Positions 18,579 to 30,065 of a stretch of DNA of 64,000 bases are shown piece by piece (positions within the stretch are counted from its first letter, which is position 1; each line of letters starts with the position of its first letter). Below the pieces are notes generated by a model. It had not been told where the DNA came from, did not search any database, and saw only the letters and a list, made by a program, of their open reading frames with translations. The DNA is from a virus, in IMG/VR virus record IMGVR_UViG_3300032805_000001, positions 56,104 through 120,103 of that record; one strand, written 5' to 3'. A program made the translations under genes and the position numbers.

Positions 18579-19769
18579 GGCTCATCCGCGATGTTCGCTG
18601 CCGTTTGCGCTGCGCCCAGTACCTGCGGGCCGCTTCCCGGCAGTCATCGTCGACCAGTTCACCGCGGTCCTTGTGACGCGCGTAGGCGGCGTAAGTGCCG
18701 CACGGCTGAAGCTCATCCAGCGGCCGGTAGCGGCCCTTGACGGGCATTTCGCGGACGGGACCTTCGAGGGGGCGCCCGTGCTCGTCCCATTGCACCCATG
18801 CGAGCATGTCCGCTGCTGACATGTCGTCGATAGGGATCATGCCGGCCTGGACGACGATCAGCGCCCGGATCGGCTCGGGGATTTCCTGGCCGGTCAGGGT
18901 GGTGAGGAACCGGCCTACCGCGTCGCGGTTTTCTTCACGGACGAGGATGGCGAGATCGCAGGCGGCTTGCACCATCCGGGCGGCCAGGTCCCCTCGGCGG
19001 GCTGCTTCGGCCCGGTCTCTGGCAGCGGTCAACCCGGCTCCTTCTCCCCCGCCGTTTCGTATTCGGCGAGTTTCTGGCGGAGCCGGCTGCATTCGGCGCG
19101 GAGCCGGGCCAGTTGGATACCCGCCTCGATGAAGTCCCTGGGTTCCTCCCATGCGGTCGGCGCCGCGCCGGGAGCCGGGGTTATGTCCTGGCCGGGTTCG
19201 GTGCCCATAAGCCCATCACCGCCGCATCGTTGCCGCTGAGCGCCCTGATCGCGGCGAGGATCAGCGCATCAGCCCGGGGCCGTTCGACGTACCACTCTTC
19301 CCGCCCGCAGTTGAACACGCCGTTCTCGTCGGCGGTGACGCCGAGCATCCCGGCATGGGCGAGCGGAACGTACAGTTCGTAACGCCACCGGGGGCTGCCG
19401 AACGGGGCTCTGCCGCTGAAAATTTCCCCTTCACGCCACACTGCGGCGACGAGAGCGGCGAGGTATCCGCGGATTGTTGCGGCGCCGGAGTCGTTCGCTG
19501 GCATTGGCAGGTTGAGGACCTGTTCGGGGTCCGGTTTGGCGGTGGTCACGGCGTGGCTCCTTTCGCGGGCTGGGCGGATTCGCCGATGACACGGCGAATG
19601 TCCCCGGCGGCCATGCGGAGCGCGCCGCCTACCGCTGGCCGGCAGCCTTTGTCGTCAGCTAGGGCGGTGTAAACCTCGGTGAGATCGTGGAGGCGGCGGA
19701 TCAGGCCTGCCGTGTCCACGCCACCCTCGGTGATCGTTTCGGCGGCGGTTTCGGTGGTGTCGGTGCCGC

Positions 19770-20267
19770 TCATGCGATCAGCCCCATCTCCCGCGCCCGC
19801 ATTTCAGCGGCCGGGACCGCGAACTGGACCGGCTTCCCGCGGGCAATCGCATGCAGGATTTCGCCTGTCGTGGATTGGCCGAAGTAGCCCGTCTCGTCGC
19901 TCACCACGAGCACGTAGTCAGCGAGGTCAATTTTGTGTTTGTGCAGCTCGTCCAGTGCGGTCTTGGCGGGCGCGAGGTCACCGGCGATGATGCCGAGGTC
20001 GGCGTCGGACTTGGTGTCGCAGCCGATCGAGAGCACGATTTCGCCGGCGAGCGTGCGCCGCAGGTTCGCTTCGCGGAACGCATTGAAGAACCGCGTTGAC
20101 CCGCAGAGGCAGACGATGCGCGGCCGGGGCCCGCTGAAGTCCGGTTCATCGTTACAGCCCTCCGAGCATGGTGCGGTGTGCACCTCGTCATCGTCGTGGT
20201 CGCAGTGGACGCAGCACACGTGGGCGTCGCCGTAGAACTCGTCTTCGCCGGGCTTGATCTCGGTCAT
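19770..20267 (-). CDS. Nucleoside 2-deoxyribosyltransferase-like (DUF4406-like) protein
   Basis: IVCLCGSTRF, HK.KIDLAD.VLVV, GY.G.ST..EI..A...GKPV. Confidence 0.7.
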   Translation of the reverse strand: MTEIKPGEDEFYGDAHVCCVHCDHDDDEVHTAPCSEGCNDEPDFSGPRPRIVCLCGSTRFFNAFREANLRRTLAGEIVLSIGCDTKSDADLGIIAGDLAPAKTALDELHKHKIDLADYVLVVSDETGYFGQSTTGEILHAIARGKPVQFAVPAAEMRAREMGLIA

Positions 20268-21064
20268 GATTCCCCCTAACTCTCGTAGTCCAGCAGTTCC
20301 CGCAGGACCATCCCGAAGGCGATCTCACGGAGCCTGAGACGGTCTATTACGTGCGAGTCGTCTACCGGGGTTGCGGGGAGTGCCACGTTGACGATTTCCC
20401 TGGCGGCCGTCACGCAGCGGATGAGCTCGTCACGGTCGTTGCTCTTGCGCCTGCTCATTCCGCACCGCCCTGGAGTGGCGACAGCCCGAACGCGGCACGC
20501 TCAGCGTTGATTCGGGCGGTGTAAGCGTCATCGTCCTCGCCGGCGAGGGCAGTCGCACAGCGGCCATCCTCTGGCATGAGTTCAATGTCGCAGCCGGTGC
20601 CGCATTCCATGCAGCACCAGGCGGGGCAGCCGGCCGCGTCGCAGCCGGTGTCGTACAGCGGGGCGCCGCAGTCCTCGCAGGTGTCAGGCGATACGGCGAA
20701 CTGTTCGCTGGTGCTGTCGTACCAGACGGGCATCACTGGCCTCCCGTCGCTGCCGGGGTCTCGCCGAGGTAAGCGCGGGCGACATCCAGGGCGTAGGCCC
20801 AGTGACCGGCTGCGTCCTTGCCGTGGACGGCGTAGTCGGCTGCGGCGAGCTGAAGCCAGTTAGCGACTGCGTGAGCTACGCCGGGGTGCATGTCTGCGAT
20901 GTGCTCAGCGTTCGCGGGATTGAGGCCGTCTACGACAGTTTCCTGGTCACCGTCGATCACTTCGGTGTCGTTCTGTTTCCACGGGCTGGGCGCAGCATGC
21001 TCAGCGCGTTCCCGCATCCGTTTGGCTGCGCGCCTCATCGTCTCGGCGGGGGATTCGGTACTGG

Positions 21065-21724
21065 TCATGGTGTTACTGCTCCTCGGGGTTCTGTCGTTGC
21101 TGATGGTGCTGTCACTGCTGGTACGGATACTGATGGGCTCGCCGCGGCGGGCCTGGTGGCGGGTACGGCGGGCAGGGCCGGGGTCACCGTCGATGTGGGT
21201 GCTGCTGTCGCGGGTGCTGTCGCTGTCGGTGTGGCGGGGATCGTGGGGACGGTTTCACCCGGCGCCGGGGAGACAAAGCTGGAAGGGGTCTCAGACGGCT
21301 CTGGGATGGACGGAGACGGCCTTACGGGTGCGCCCCCGACCAATGACCCCACCGTCGTCCCCGAAGCCTTAGCGTGCCCCACAGAGGCTGCCAGGGACTT
21401 GTGGAGCACCTTCGCCTCCACCCCCGACAAACCAGCCATCGACACAGCGAACACACCCACCGCGACAGCAGGAACCGCGACCGCGTACTGCCACGGCTTC
21501 GCCGGCTTCACCCGCCGCCACGGCAACTGCCGCGCGTGATACGTGGCCCGCAGGAACAGCCACCCCGCCACCACAGGCAGCACCGACCCGATCGCAGTCC
21601 CGGTCACAGTGCCCGTCGTCCCGGTGTGAGAACCGATCCACGCACCCGCCCAGGGAACCGCGAGAGCCGTGAACACCGCACCGCCAACCTGGGTGGGGGT
21701 GAGCTTCGGGGGGGCGTCCGTCAC
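21065..21724 (-). CDS. Membrane protein with Pro/Thr/Ala-rich tail
   Basis: Three hydrophobic segments followed by low-complexity sequence. Confidence 0.55.
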   Translation of the reverse strand: MTDAPPKLTPTQVGGAVFTALAVPWAGAWIGSHTGTTGTVTGTAIGSVLPVVAGWLFLRATYHARQLPWRRVKPAKPWQYAVAVPAVAVGVFAVSMAGLSGVEAKVLHKSLAASVGHAKASGTTVGSLVGGAPVRPSPSIPEPSETPSSFVSPAPGETVPTIPATPTATAPATAAPTSTVTPALPAVPATRPAAASPSVSVPAVTAPSATTEPRGAVTP

Positions 21725-22840
21725 GCGACCCTCCGCAGGTGCCTGCGCCTGCCGTCCCGCCCGGTCCCCTCGGGATGGTCCCGCTCGTGCGCGGCCACCG
21801 CAGCTTCCAGGACCCTCCGGTGTTCCTCCGCCTCTGTCGCGGTCACCGGCAGGAACCTGCCGGACGGTCCCGCCGGCTGCGGGCGGGCCGCTTCAGCGGC
21901 GAGAGCAGCAGCCCGTTCCGCCTGAGCGCACCAGCCGCACGGGGCTTCCCCCGCAGCCTGGTGGGCGAGCATCCCCCGCAGGGTGCCGCACGTCTCCCTG
22001 AACGTCGTCACGCTGCGTCTCCCGTCCGGTTCGTGTCCCGGCCCCAGCCGCGTTCCGCGCGCAGCGCCCCGAGGATCTCCCGGCGTGTCTCCTCCGACGA
22101 TGGGGCACCCGTCTGGGGGCGTTCCCATGGGGCCAGCGCCTCGACCGGGCGCCAGCCGTTGCCGAGGAGCGCGGTCACGTAGCCGCGGGCGAACACTTCG
22201 TCGTCCTCTTCGGGGTCGCGGTGCTTCAGGCGGTAGACGAGCGCCTCAGTGGCGCGGGCAGCCTCCCGGTCAAGACTGGTCATCACCGCACCTCCGGGAC
22301 GGGAGCGACCCAGCCCGCGTTCAGGAACGCCGCGGTGATCACCCGGGCCAGCTCCTCAGCCGACAAGTTCAGGCCGCCGGGGAACACTCCCCCGCAGGTA
22401 CGGGCGGCGGTGCGGAACATGTCCCAGGTGCGGACCAGGGCCTCAACCTCGCCCTCGATGAAGTCGAGAGGGGCGATGCCAAGGTCGTAGGACTCCCGGG
22501 CTTCCGGGCTCAAGTGGGTCATGACGCCGCCTCCGTGGTCACAGCGCATCCTCCGGGTTCCATCGCAAGGCATCCGTGCGCCGGTTCTGACGTGCTTCGA
22601 TGTACGCCTCGTCCTCGGCTGCCCGCAGGGCGTACTCAGCGAGGACGAGGGCTTGCCGGGCTTCGGCCCACTGCTGCCGGGCCCGGCTGATCCTGGCCGG
22701 GTCGGCGTCTCCTGTGCGGACGTCCATGTAGTTCCGGGCGGTCGCGATGGCTGTGGCGTTAGCCGACCGGTACGCCTCGGCGAGGCATCTGAGGCAGTTG
22801 CAGCCGGGTTCGTGGGTGATGCCGAGCGGAATGGCGTCGG

Positions 22841-23641
22841 TCATGCGGCATCTCCGTACAGCGGCAGGAATCGGGTCTTGGGGTCGGGTTCGCGTTCGAT
22901 TGCAGCCTTGACGTAGGCGAATGGGTTGGCGACGGGCTGCCCGGCGAGGATCCGATCTCGCACCTTGGCGGCCCATTCGGCGCCGACGACGCGATCCGTG
23001 CGGTCGTAGAGGGTCTGAATGATCATGATCAAAATCGGATCATCGGGTACCCGATCGCTACGGTCCGCAGATTGATCACTTAGAGAAGTAATAGATCTAT
23101 CTATCTCTGACTCTGACTCTGCGATCGATACCCGATCCGACCCCGATCGGGTAGGCGATTCGCCCTCCCGATCGGGTACCCGATCACCTCCCGATCGGGT
23201 AGGCGGCTCGGGGTGAGGACAGAGGGGGCAGTCAGGGTCGATACGGCCCCGTCCGACATGCCACCGCTTGTGGTTGCCGAGCGAGCCACCCTTCCCCATC
23301 GCTGTGCGCGCCTCATGCGCCTCCTCGGCGCTGCGCTGATGCACCAGGTAGTCGTGGATGACGTAATCCCCGGGGCTGGGCTGCGGGCAGCGTTTGCAGT
23401 CATGCCCGGGTCCGTGCCAGAGGTCGTTGGCGAGCAGCAGTCTGGCGAGTTTCAGCGGCTGCTTGCGATCCGATAGGCGCGGCACCATGCCCTGGGGAAA
23501 GAACCCGTCGGTGAGGTTGCGGGAAGCGTAGGCCATGGCGCAGACGTGCAGCCACGCAGCGTCGCCGCCGACGGTGATGATTTTCCGGTTCTCAGGCAGA
23601 TCGTCGGCCATCCTGAAGTAGGTGCGGCTGTCACCGCCCAC
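22841..23641 (-). CDS. Phage replication initiator-like protein
   Basis: YFRM.DDLPENRKI..L...AYASRNLTDG..YVIHDYL.HQ actinophage Rep-like N-terminus; NPFAYV C-terminus; internal repeats. Confidence 0.7.
   Translation of the reverse strand: MGGDSRTYFRMADDLPENRKIITVGGDAAWLHVCAMAYASRNLTDGFFPQGMVPRLSDRKQPLKLARLLLANDLWHGPGHDCKRCPQPSPGDYVIHDYLVHQRSAEEAHEARTAMGKGGSLGNHKRWHVGRGRIDPDCPLCPHPEPPTRSGGDRVPDREGESPTRSGSDRVSIAESESEIDRSITSLSDQSADRSDRVPDDPILIMIIQTLYDRTDRVVGAEWAAKVRDRILAGQPVANPFAYVKAAIEREPDPKTRFLPLYGDAA
23040..23205. repeat. Putative replication origin (iterons plus AT-rich patch) inside the initiator gene
   Basis: Repeated CCGATCGGGTA / ATCGGGTACCCGAT units and an AT-rich stretch at ~23070-23120. 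Confidence 0.55.
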
Positions 23642-24638
23642 CTACGCCTCCCCTCTGGGTGTTGCCGATGATGTCTATCCCGGCGGCCACCTCACGAGGC
23701 ATGCCGTCGAACGTGAGCCTATACGTGCGCCGACGCATGGTGCAAGTCGCGCCGCTCCGCATGCGCATGGTAAGGTGATCCCAGTTGCGACCTGGATCGC
23801 GATAACGAGCATGTTGCGGACCTTGCGCCGCAGCACGCCAGCCCCGATAGTTGGAGCGTGGACGTGGTAGAGGAGCTGGTCGCCGAAGCGGCGGCAGCGA
23901 ACAAGGCAAAAGCGGCGTACGACGCCCACCTGAAGCGTGTCCGTGAACTGCTGCCCATCGTCCGGAAAGAACGCCCGGACCTGACAGTCGTCCGGCTGGA
24001 AGCCATGATCGGCCGCGCCTACGACCGGGGTACCATCTCCCGCTACACCGCCGAAGCGGCCGGTACCGCGAAGAAGGCAAAGCCCGGCCGTGAGCCGCAT
24101 CCCGCTTCCTGACCCGCCCACTAACGCCACCGCCCCCTCATCCCGCACTACCCGCACCTCTGCCGGGTCCGTGACCTCATCCAGGTCCCGGGTGCTGACT
24201 TTCCACACCTCACCGCGATCCGCGATGAGCACCTCAACCCACCCGGTCCTTCTGCCGATGACTCCCGACACTCCGAGCACCCTGGCGTCGCCGGTGAACC
24301 CCTTACAGGCAGCTTCAGCGCCGGCGAGGAGAGCGGTGAGCCGCCCATCCTGGGATGCGGGGAGGACCGGTGGCGGCAGGAGGGCGGGGGCGGTCATGCG
24401 GCGTCCTGCCAGAGTGCGAGCTGCCCGGCCTGCGGCGGCTCGCGGGCATCAAGCCAGTTAGTGACAGCGGCGTAGTCGGCGGGCCTGCCGGGAAACCGGG
24501 TCCGCGGGTCGTTGACCTGGGCGGCGAGGATGCGCCGCATCGCGGGCACGATCGGGTCGTCCCAGGCGGCGATGGCGGTGCGCCCGTCAGGGAGGTGGGA
24601 GCACACCCAGTGGCCCGGCGGGAGGTCGCGGATGCTGG

Positions 24639-25052
24639 TCATGCTGTTCTCGCCGCGAGCCGGCTGATAGCGGTGAGCTCGCGCGCCATCCGCCCCGACA
24701 GATAATCCCCGGGCCTCCAGACCGACCAGTCCTGCCCTGCTGCTGTGAGCGCTTCTCCCATTGCCTGCTGTGCCGGGGACAGTTTCCCTTTGGCTGTTTT
24801 CAGTTCCCGCCAGAGGATGCCGTCAGAGCCCACTAGGAGATCGTCGGGGACGCCGGGGGTGGTACCGCGGCTGGAATAGACGTGGATGCGGATGACGCCG
24901 AGGTCGTTGCAGATGGCCCGGACGTGTTCCTCGAGTTCCGCTTCGCTCATCGCCGCGGCGAGCGCGTCCCGGCCGTCTGCTGACCCGGCGGCGGAAGACC
25001 TGCCCCTTCCCCTGAGCTGGCCTTCCGCCACCGGGAGTTCTGGGGTGTTCAC
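24639..25052 (-). CDS. VRR-NUC domain nuclease
   Basis: MSEAELE..V, GVPD.LLV, RELKT.KGKLSPAQ, VWRP.D. Confidence 0.85.
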   Translation of the reverse strand: MNTPELPVAEGQLRGRGRSSAAGSADGRDALAAAMSEAELEEHVRAICNDLGVIRIHVYSSRGTTPGVPDDLLVGSDGILWRELKTAKGKLSPAQQAMGEALTAAGQDWSVWRPGDYLSGRMARELTAISRLAARTA

Positions 25053-25520
25053 GGTTCCGCGCCCACGGGTACCGGTTCCCGTTCCGCGGCGAGACGTGCC
25101 CGCGCCGCGTCTCGCTGTTCGATCGAGCGGGTGATCCGCTGCCATTCGCGTACCAGGACAGCCGCCTCGGCGAGGAGCACACCGTCGCTCCACGGGGCGC
25201 CTAGCACGTGGAGTGTTGCCGGGTCGCAGGCTTCGGTGACTTTGGCGCGGATCCGGCTCATGATGAGGTCGCGGCGTTCAACGTCGGTGACTTTCACCCT
25301 GTACTTGTCGTCGCCCCTCATGCGGGTACCAGGTCGATCCACCGGGTGCCTGAGGCCGGGCATGGTTCGCCTGTGGTGTCGTTGTGCCTGGCGACCACGA
25401 ACGGGTCTGTGGGGGTGCCGGAGCCGCCTAGCAGGGTCCGTTCGCGGCAGGTGAAGCAGATGTGCACGGTCATGTCCGCGGTCATGTCGGGGGTCCTTTC
25501 GGGGGTACGGAGCGGGCGGT

Positions 25521-26045
25521 TCACGCGGCCGATCCTCCGTCCGGCTCGTAGTCGATCCACTCGCCTGTGCATGTGGGCCAGACGCGGACCCCGCTGCCGT
25601 CTTCGTAGCCGTGCACGAGAACGGGCAGCAGGCCGGGGAGGCGTGCCGCGCCGGGGACGATGAGTCCTTCGGCGAGGGCGAAGAACCGTTCCCGGTGGGC
25701 GAGTTCATGGCCGGCCACGCACAAGCTCACGAGATTGCAGCAGCAGTCCGCGTGGGCGCGGGTGTCGCCGCCGTGGCCTTTGAGCCGGCGGTGGTGCTGG
25801 TGTTTGGCGGGGAGCCCGCAGTGCACGCATAGGCCGAGGTCTCGTCTGGTGACGAGACGCCGGATGTCCGGGGGGATCGTGTCGCGTGGTGCGGTGCGGC
25901 GGGCGGTTTCCAGTTTGATGACGGGCGCGAGATGCTGCCCGGTGATCTTGGTGACCGTGCCGGGCTGCCTGGTGCGGGACAGTCCGCTGGTGCGGGACAG
26001 TCCCTTGTAACCCTCGCTGGGACGGAGGGGTGTTGTGCGGTTCAC
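25521..26045 (-). CDS. HNH-like endonuclease
   Basis: RRD.GLCVHCG...HHRR...GG...NLVSLC..H. Confidence 0.7.
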   Translation of the reverse strand: MNRTTPLRPSEGYKGLSRTSGLSRTRQPGTVTKITGQHLAPVIKLETARRTAPRDTIPPDIRRLVTRRDLGLCVHCGLPAKHQHHRRLKGHGGDTRAHADCCCNLVSLCVAGHELAHRERFFALAEGLIVPGAARLPGLLPVLVHGYEDGSGVRVWPTCTGEWIDYEPDGGSAA

Positions 26046-26160
26046 CAGAGCACCTCCAGGTGGCATCCGTGCTCACAGGGCGGCCCGTCGCAGGCCTCAC
26101 AGTCGCCTGCGCCGCAGGTCTCGGGGTTGATCAGGGTGGCTGGTTCCGGGTCGCGGTGCA

Positions 26161-26544
26161 TCACGCCCCCGCCCCGGCCATCTCGTAGGCCTGCCGCACG
26201 CTGGCCCCGAGCGAGCGGACGATTTCGGCTTGGTCGCGGAGCACCCGCAGATGGTCTTGTGCGGATTCGCGGGTGACGACGGCCCGGTCGTAGGTGAACT
26301 GAAGGTCGGTCACCTTGTCGTCGACCCAGGCGTCCCGTTCGGCGGTGGTGACACCGCCGCGGGTGACTTTGGGTGCCTGCCCGGACAGGAGAGCCCGGCG
26401 GCGGGCCCGGTTCAGTTCATGCTTGGCGTCAACTTCGACGTCGCGGGCCTGCGCGAGGGCTTGCTGCGCGCGGGTCAGGTCGGTGACGAGGCTGCGAAGT
26501 TTCGCTTCCACCGCCAGCGGCGTCAAAGGCTCAGCCGCGGTCAT
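26161..26544 (-). CDS. Phage coiled-coil hypothetical protein
   Basis: Coupled ORF within the early operon. Confidence 0.55.
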   Translation of the reverse strand: MTAAEPLTPLAVEAKLRSLVTDLTRAQQALAQARDVEVDAKHELNRARRRALLSGQAPKVTRGGVTTAERDAWVDDKVTDLQFTYDRAVVTRESAQDHLRVLRDQAEIVRSLGASVRQAYEMAGAGA

Positions 26545-27077
26545 GCTGCCCTCGGCTCACCCTGGTCCGCGGAATCCTCAGCCGGGCCGGGGAGGAGCTC
26601 GGCGGGGGCGACGAGGTTCACGCCCTGCAGGTCGCCGTTCCGCCACGCCTCCGCGATGGCTTCCCTGCCGCTGGTCTCGAACCGGATCGACACGTACGGC
26701 TTCGACTCGCCGACCTCAATACCCGGCACCACTTCCCCGGTAGCCGGGTCGATCGCCCTGCCGGCTTTCTTTGCCGCGTCGGTCAGCTTCTTGACGTAAC
26801 TGGGCCGGATGACCATTTCCACTTCGCCGGGATGGTTGGCGAGCACCCACGCCATCAGCAGTTCCTCGCTGGCGACGTAAGCGGAGTGACCTTCCCCGCC
26901 GGCCATGGACACTGTGGCGACCTTCGTGCCGTCGGGCAGGCGCGCGGCAGCCCGGTTGGTTTCCGTCGCGGTGAAGCTCGCTTCAGCTTGCAGTTTGAGA
27001 GTTTTGAGGCGGTCGCTGATGAGGTCGCCGAGGGCCTTGACGACGACTGCCTGCATTGCGGTTTCGCTGAGTTTCAC
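26541..27077 (-). CDS. Phage hypothetical protein next to ERF
   Basis: DPATGEVVPGIEV motif, common next to recombination genes. Confidence 0.55.
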   Translation of the reverse strand: MKLSETAMQAVVVKALGDLISDRLKTLKLQAEASFTATETNRAAARLPDGTKVATVSMAGGEGHSAYVASEELLMAWVLANHPGEVEMVIRPSYVKKLTDAAKKAGRAIDPATGEVVPGIEVGESKPYVSIRFETSGREAIAEAWRNGDLQGVNLVAPAELLPGPAEDSADQGEPRAA

Positions 27078-27955
27078 GCCGCCCCCTTGGCTGCTGCCTG
27101 CTCGTTCATGACGGCGGCCACCTTGGCGGCGATCAGGCCTTCAAGACCTTTCCGGTCCGCCGGCGTGCAGGTGCCGTCGTTGAAGGCCGCAACGACCTTT
27201 CCCCAGACTTTGGTGCCGTCTTCCCGGCTACTGATGCCATCGATCTCGCGCTCGATCACCTCAAGCCAGGCGGGAGCTGACTGTGCGGGTTCCGGCCGGG
27301 TGGCGTGCGGTTTGGGATCCGGTCCCGGCACGGGTGCGAGCGCCCGGGGTGCTGCCTCTTGGGTGCCGTCGCTGTTTCCGGTGTCACTGTCCGTGGTGGC
27401 CTGTGCGGCAGGCTTAGCGGTGTGGGCGCGCGATGGGTTCTGCTGCGTCCAGGGCCGGGCTGGTGCCGCGTTTTCAAACACGTCCCCCGCCGACTGGCGG
27501 TAGGACTGCTCGGCTGCCCCGGCGTCGTCGTCGTCGCCGTCCGGTGCGACCCCGGTCACGGCGCACAGAGAGTACCGGCGGGCATACGTGATCGCCCCGC
27601 CGATCGCCTGTGGCGTCCCGTTTGACGGCAGCGGGTACACACCCTCATCGGTCTCGCCGGAGATGTGTGTGAGCTTGTACACGAGAACGAACTGCCCGTC
27701 GATCAGGGTCGGTTTGGATGTGAATGCGAGGCCATGCTTGGCGAGCCTCGGGAGAACCGCCTGGGACACGTCGGCAAGGTCGGCGTACTTGTACGTGTAG
27801 CCCTGCTTGCCGTCCTTGCCGGGAACCTTGGCGGTCTCGCCCTTGCCGATTCTCGGCAGGTCGGCTTGCAGGGCGGCGAGGGCCGCAAACAGGTTGTCTT
27901 GTGCGCTCACGCTGTCACCTTCTTCCCGGGTCGTGGCCGTGCTGGGTGCGCTCAT
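27074..27955 (-). CDS. ERF family ssDNA-annealing protein
   Basis: YKYADL, L.KHGL, L.H.SGE, PQAIGGAITYARRYSL...G..D.DDD. Confidence 0.92.
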   Translation of the reverse strand: MSAPSTATTREEGDSVSAQDNLFAALAALQADLPRIGKGETAKVPGKDGKQGYTYKYADLADVSQAVLPRLAKHGLAFTSKPTLIDGQFVLVYKLTHISGETDEGVYPLPSNGTPQAIGGAITYARRYSLCAVTGVAPDGDDDDAGAAEQSYRQSAGDVFENAAPARPWTQQNPSRAHTAKPAAQATTDSDTGNSDGTQEAAPRALAPVPGPDPKPHATRPEPAQSAPAWLEVIEREIDGISSREDGTKVWGKVVAAFNDGTCTPADRKGLEGLIAAKVAAVMNEQAAAKGAA

Positions 27956-27970
27956 GCCGTCACCGGCCTT

Positions 27971-28022
27971 TCCGGGGCGATGGAGGTGATGACTTCTCCG
28001 GGGCGATGGAGGTGATAACTTC
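27971..28022. repeat. 26-bp tandem duplication
   Basis: tccggggcgatggaggtgat(g/a)acttc present twice. Confidence 0.85.
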
Positions 28023-29117
28023 CGGGATGCGCCACTCGCCGTCTGCCTGCTCGCACGTGTCTTTGCGGTAGGCGGCAAGTTCGACTTTCACGCCGTGAAG
28101 GTCACCGTCCAGGTAGAGGTAGGCGTCCTGGTCGCCTCCTTCGCGGTAGGTGTCGATCCGGCTGGTGAAAGCGCACGGAATTGCCTGCATCGCGTACCGC
28201 ATCTCGGTCACCGGGTCTGGCGAGCTGAGATAGTGAAAGGTGATGGGGCTAACTGCTCCCTGGTACGGGAGCGGCAGGTCGTTGTTCTGGTCGATCGCGT
28301 CGGCGAGGGCACGCAGGCCCCTTGTGAAGGCTTCCCGGCTGGCTGGTTGCCTGGCCATCAGGCGGCTCCCCCTTCGATCGCGGCGATGGGATGGACACCG
28401 AAACTGGCTTCGTACCGGCGGGCGCACCGCGGGCACCGCCACACCGCCCCGAACAGGTCCTGCCGCCACCCGCACCGCTCGCTGGCCGCGTACAAGCCGG
28501 CGAACCCGTCAGCGTTGGTGTCGCGGAACTCACGTGAGCACCCAAAACACCGGATGCCGAAGCGGAAGTCGCTCAGGCGGGGGGTGCATTGCACGCCGTC
28601 CCGGCAGGCGGAGAAGATCGGCGGTTCCTGGGAGACGTGCCGGGGCCGGTACGGGGCGGGCACGGTCTGCGTGTCAGCTATCGACCCTGGTTCGGGAGGG
28701 AACGCGCTGAGAGGAAGGACCGTGACCGGGCCGTAAAGCATCTGGGTCGCGGCACCGTCCACCAGAACGGCGGGAAACTGGCGGGCGGATGCGGCAGTGC
28801 GGGCGGTCACGGCTTCCGGGGTGTGCCTGCCGCGCCGCGCCCGGAACCTCATGCCGCAGCCCCCACGTCCGTGAGGTCGGGCACGAGCATCTCCCATTCG
28901 ACGGGGGCGGCCGTGTCCCGGCCCGCGTAGAACGCGGCGAGGTCCCGTGCTTGCGGCGGCAGGGCAACAGTCGCCTGGCTGCCGCCGGGGATGCGGAAGA
29001 CCACACGGTCGCCGCAGTCGATGATGATGGTGCCGCGCGGCACTGTCCTGCTGAGCGCGAGCACGATCGCGTCACCGGCCACGATGTCTTCGGCTGTCAT
29101 GGCCACCCGTGCGGTTC

Positions 29118-29396
29118 TCATGCCGCCGGCTTCCCGTGCCGCTGCTGCTGCAGCGTGGCGACGGTCATGGTGGCGGCGAGCAGGTCGCGGACTTCGCGTT
29201 CCCTGTACCGGCGGTGGCCGCCGAGCGTGCGGACACACGAGATCCTGCCCGCCTTCGCCCACCTGGTGACTGTCTTCGGGTCGACCCGGAAGATCGTCGC
29301 GACTTCGGTTGGCGTCAGCAGCGGCCCGTTTTCGTCGGCGAGGGACGGGGCGGGGGGCGGGGTGGGGGATGGGACGGAAGCAAGAACCTTAGCCAT
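29118..29396 (-). CDS. bldC: BldC-like MerR-family HTH protein
   Basis: LLTPTEVATIFRVDPKTVTRWAKAGRISCVRTLGGHRRYRE closely matches the BldC core as I recall it. Confidence 0.8.
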   Translation of the reverse strand: MAKVLASVPSPTPPPAPSLADENGPLLTPTEVATIFRVDPKTVTRWAKAGRISCVRTLGGHRRYREREVRDLLAATMTVATLQQQRHGKPAA

Positions 29397-29604
29397 GAGG
29401 CTTCTTCCCTTTCGCTGGTAAAGTTGGTGCGCGGCTTCTTCCCGCACCAATGCCTCCCGGTTGCGCGGGGGGCATTGACTTTTCAGGCGGCCTCCGGGAT
29501 GCGGAGGATGAGCGCTGTTTCCTGCGCGGGCGTGAACGGGGGGTAGCTGTCCACTTCGGCGCGGATGCGTTCTTGATCCTCGGGCGGCAGGCTGCTCAGG
29601 GCCT

Positions 29605-29865
29605 TCATGCCGCGTCGGCGGTGTCGGTTTCTTCGGGGTTTTCTTCGCCGTCGTCCCTGACGATGGCGGAATAGTCCACTTTGAGGGCGTTGGCGATCTG
29701 ATGCATGAACACCTTGCTGGTGTTTGGCTCACGGCCCTCGATGTTCCAGATGGACTGCGGGTGCCTGCCGATCTTGCGCGCGAGCTGAGGCACGGTGATT
29801 CCGCGTTCCTCGCGGAGGCGGCGCAGCTCTGCTCCGTTCGGCTTTATTGTTCGGACTGGAGGCAT
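29605..29865 (-). CDS. Cro-like XRE HTH regulator
   Basis: LRRLREERGITVPQLARKIG..Q.I.NIE...IANAL.V; first gene of the leftward operon. Confidence 0.85.
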   Translation of the reverse strand: MPPVRTIKPNGAELRRLREERGITVPQLARKIGRHPQSIWNIEGREPNTSKVFMHQIANALKVDYSAIVRDDGEENPEETDTADAA

Positions 29866-30065
29866 GTCACGAGAATATGAGACAAGTTGAGCTAAGCGCA
29901 AGTAGGACATGCCGTGAGTTGGAGAGGACCGATGATGCTCAAGTCAACTCTGAGCAACTAAGACCCGGGATACGCTGCTAAAACTTTGATAGAGTCGCGG
30001 ACACTTGACGACTCTCAATCCCTCATACAGAGTCATACAGAGGGCAAACCAGAGGAGTTGCGTGA
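29866..30065. promoter_or_regulatory. Divergent cro/repressor control region
   Basis: Lower-GC intergenic region; TGCTCA...TGAGCA inverted repeat (~29936-29956) and TCATACAGAG tandem repeat (~30023-30042). Confidence 0.6.
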
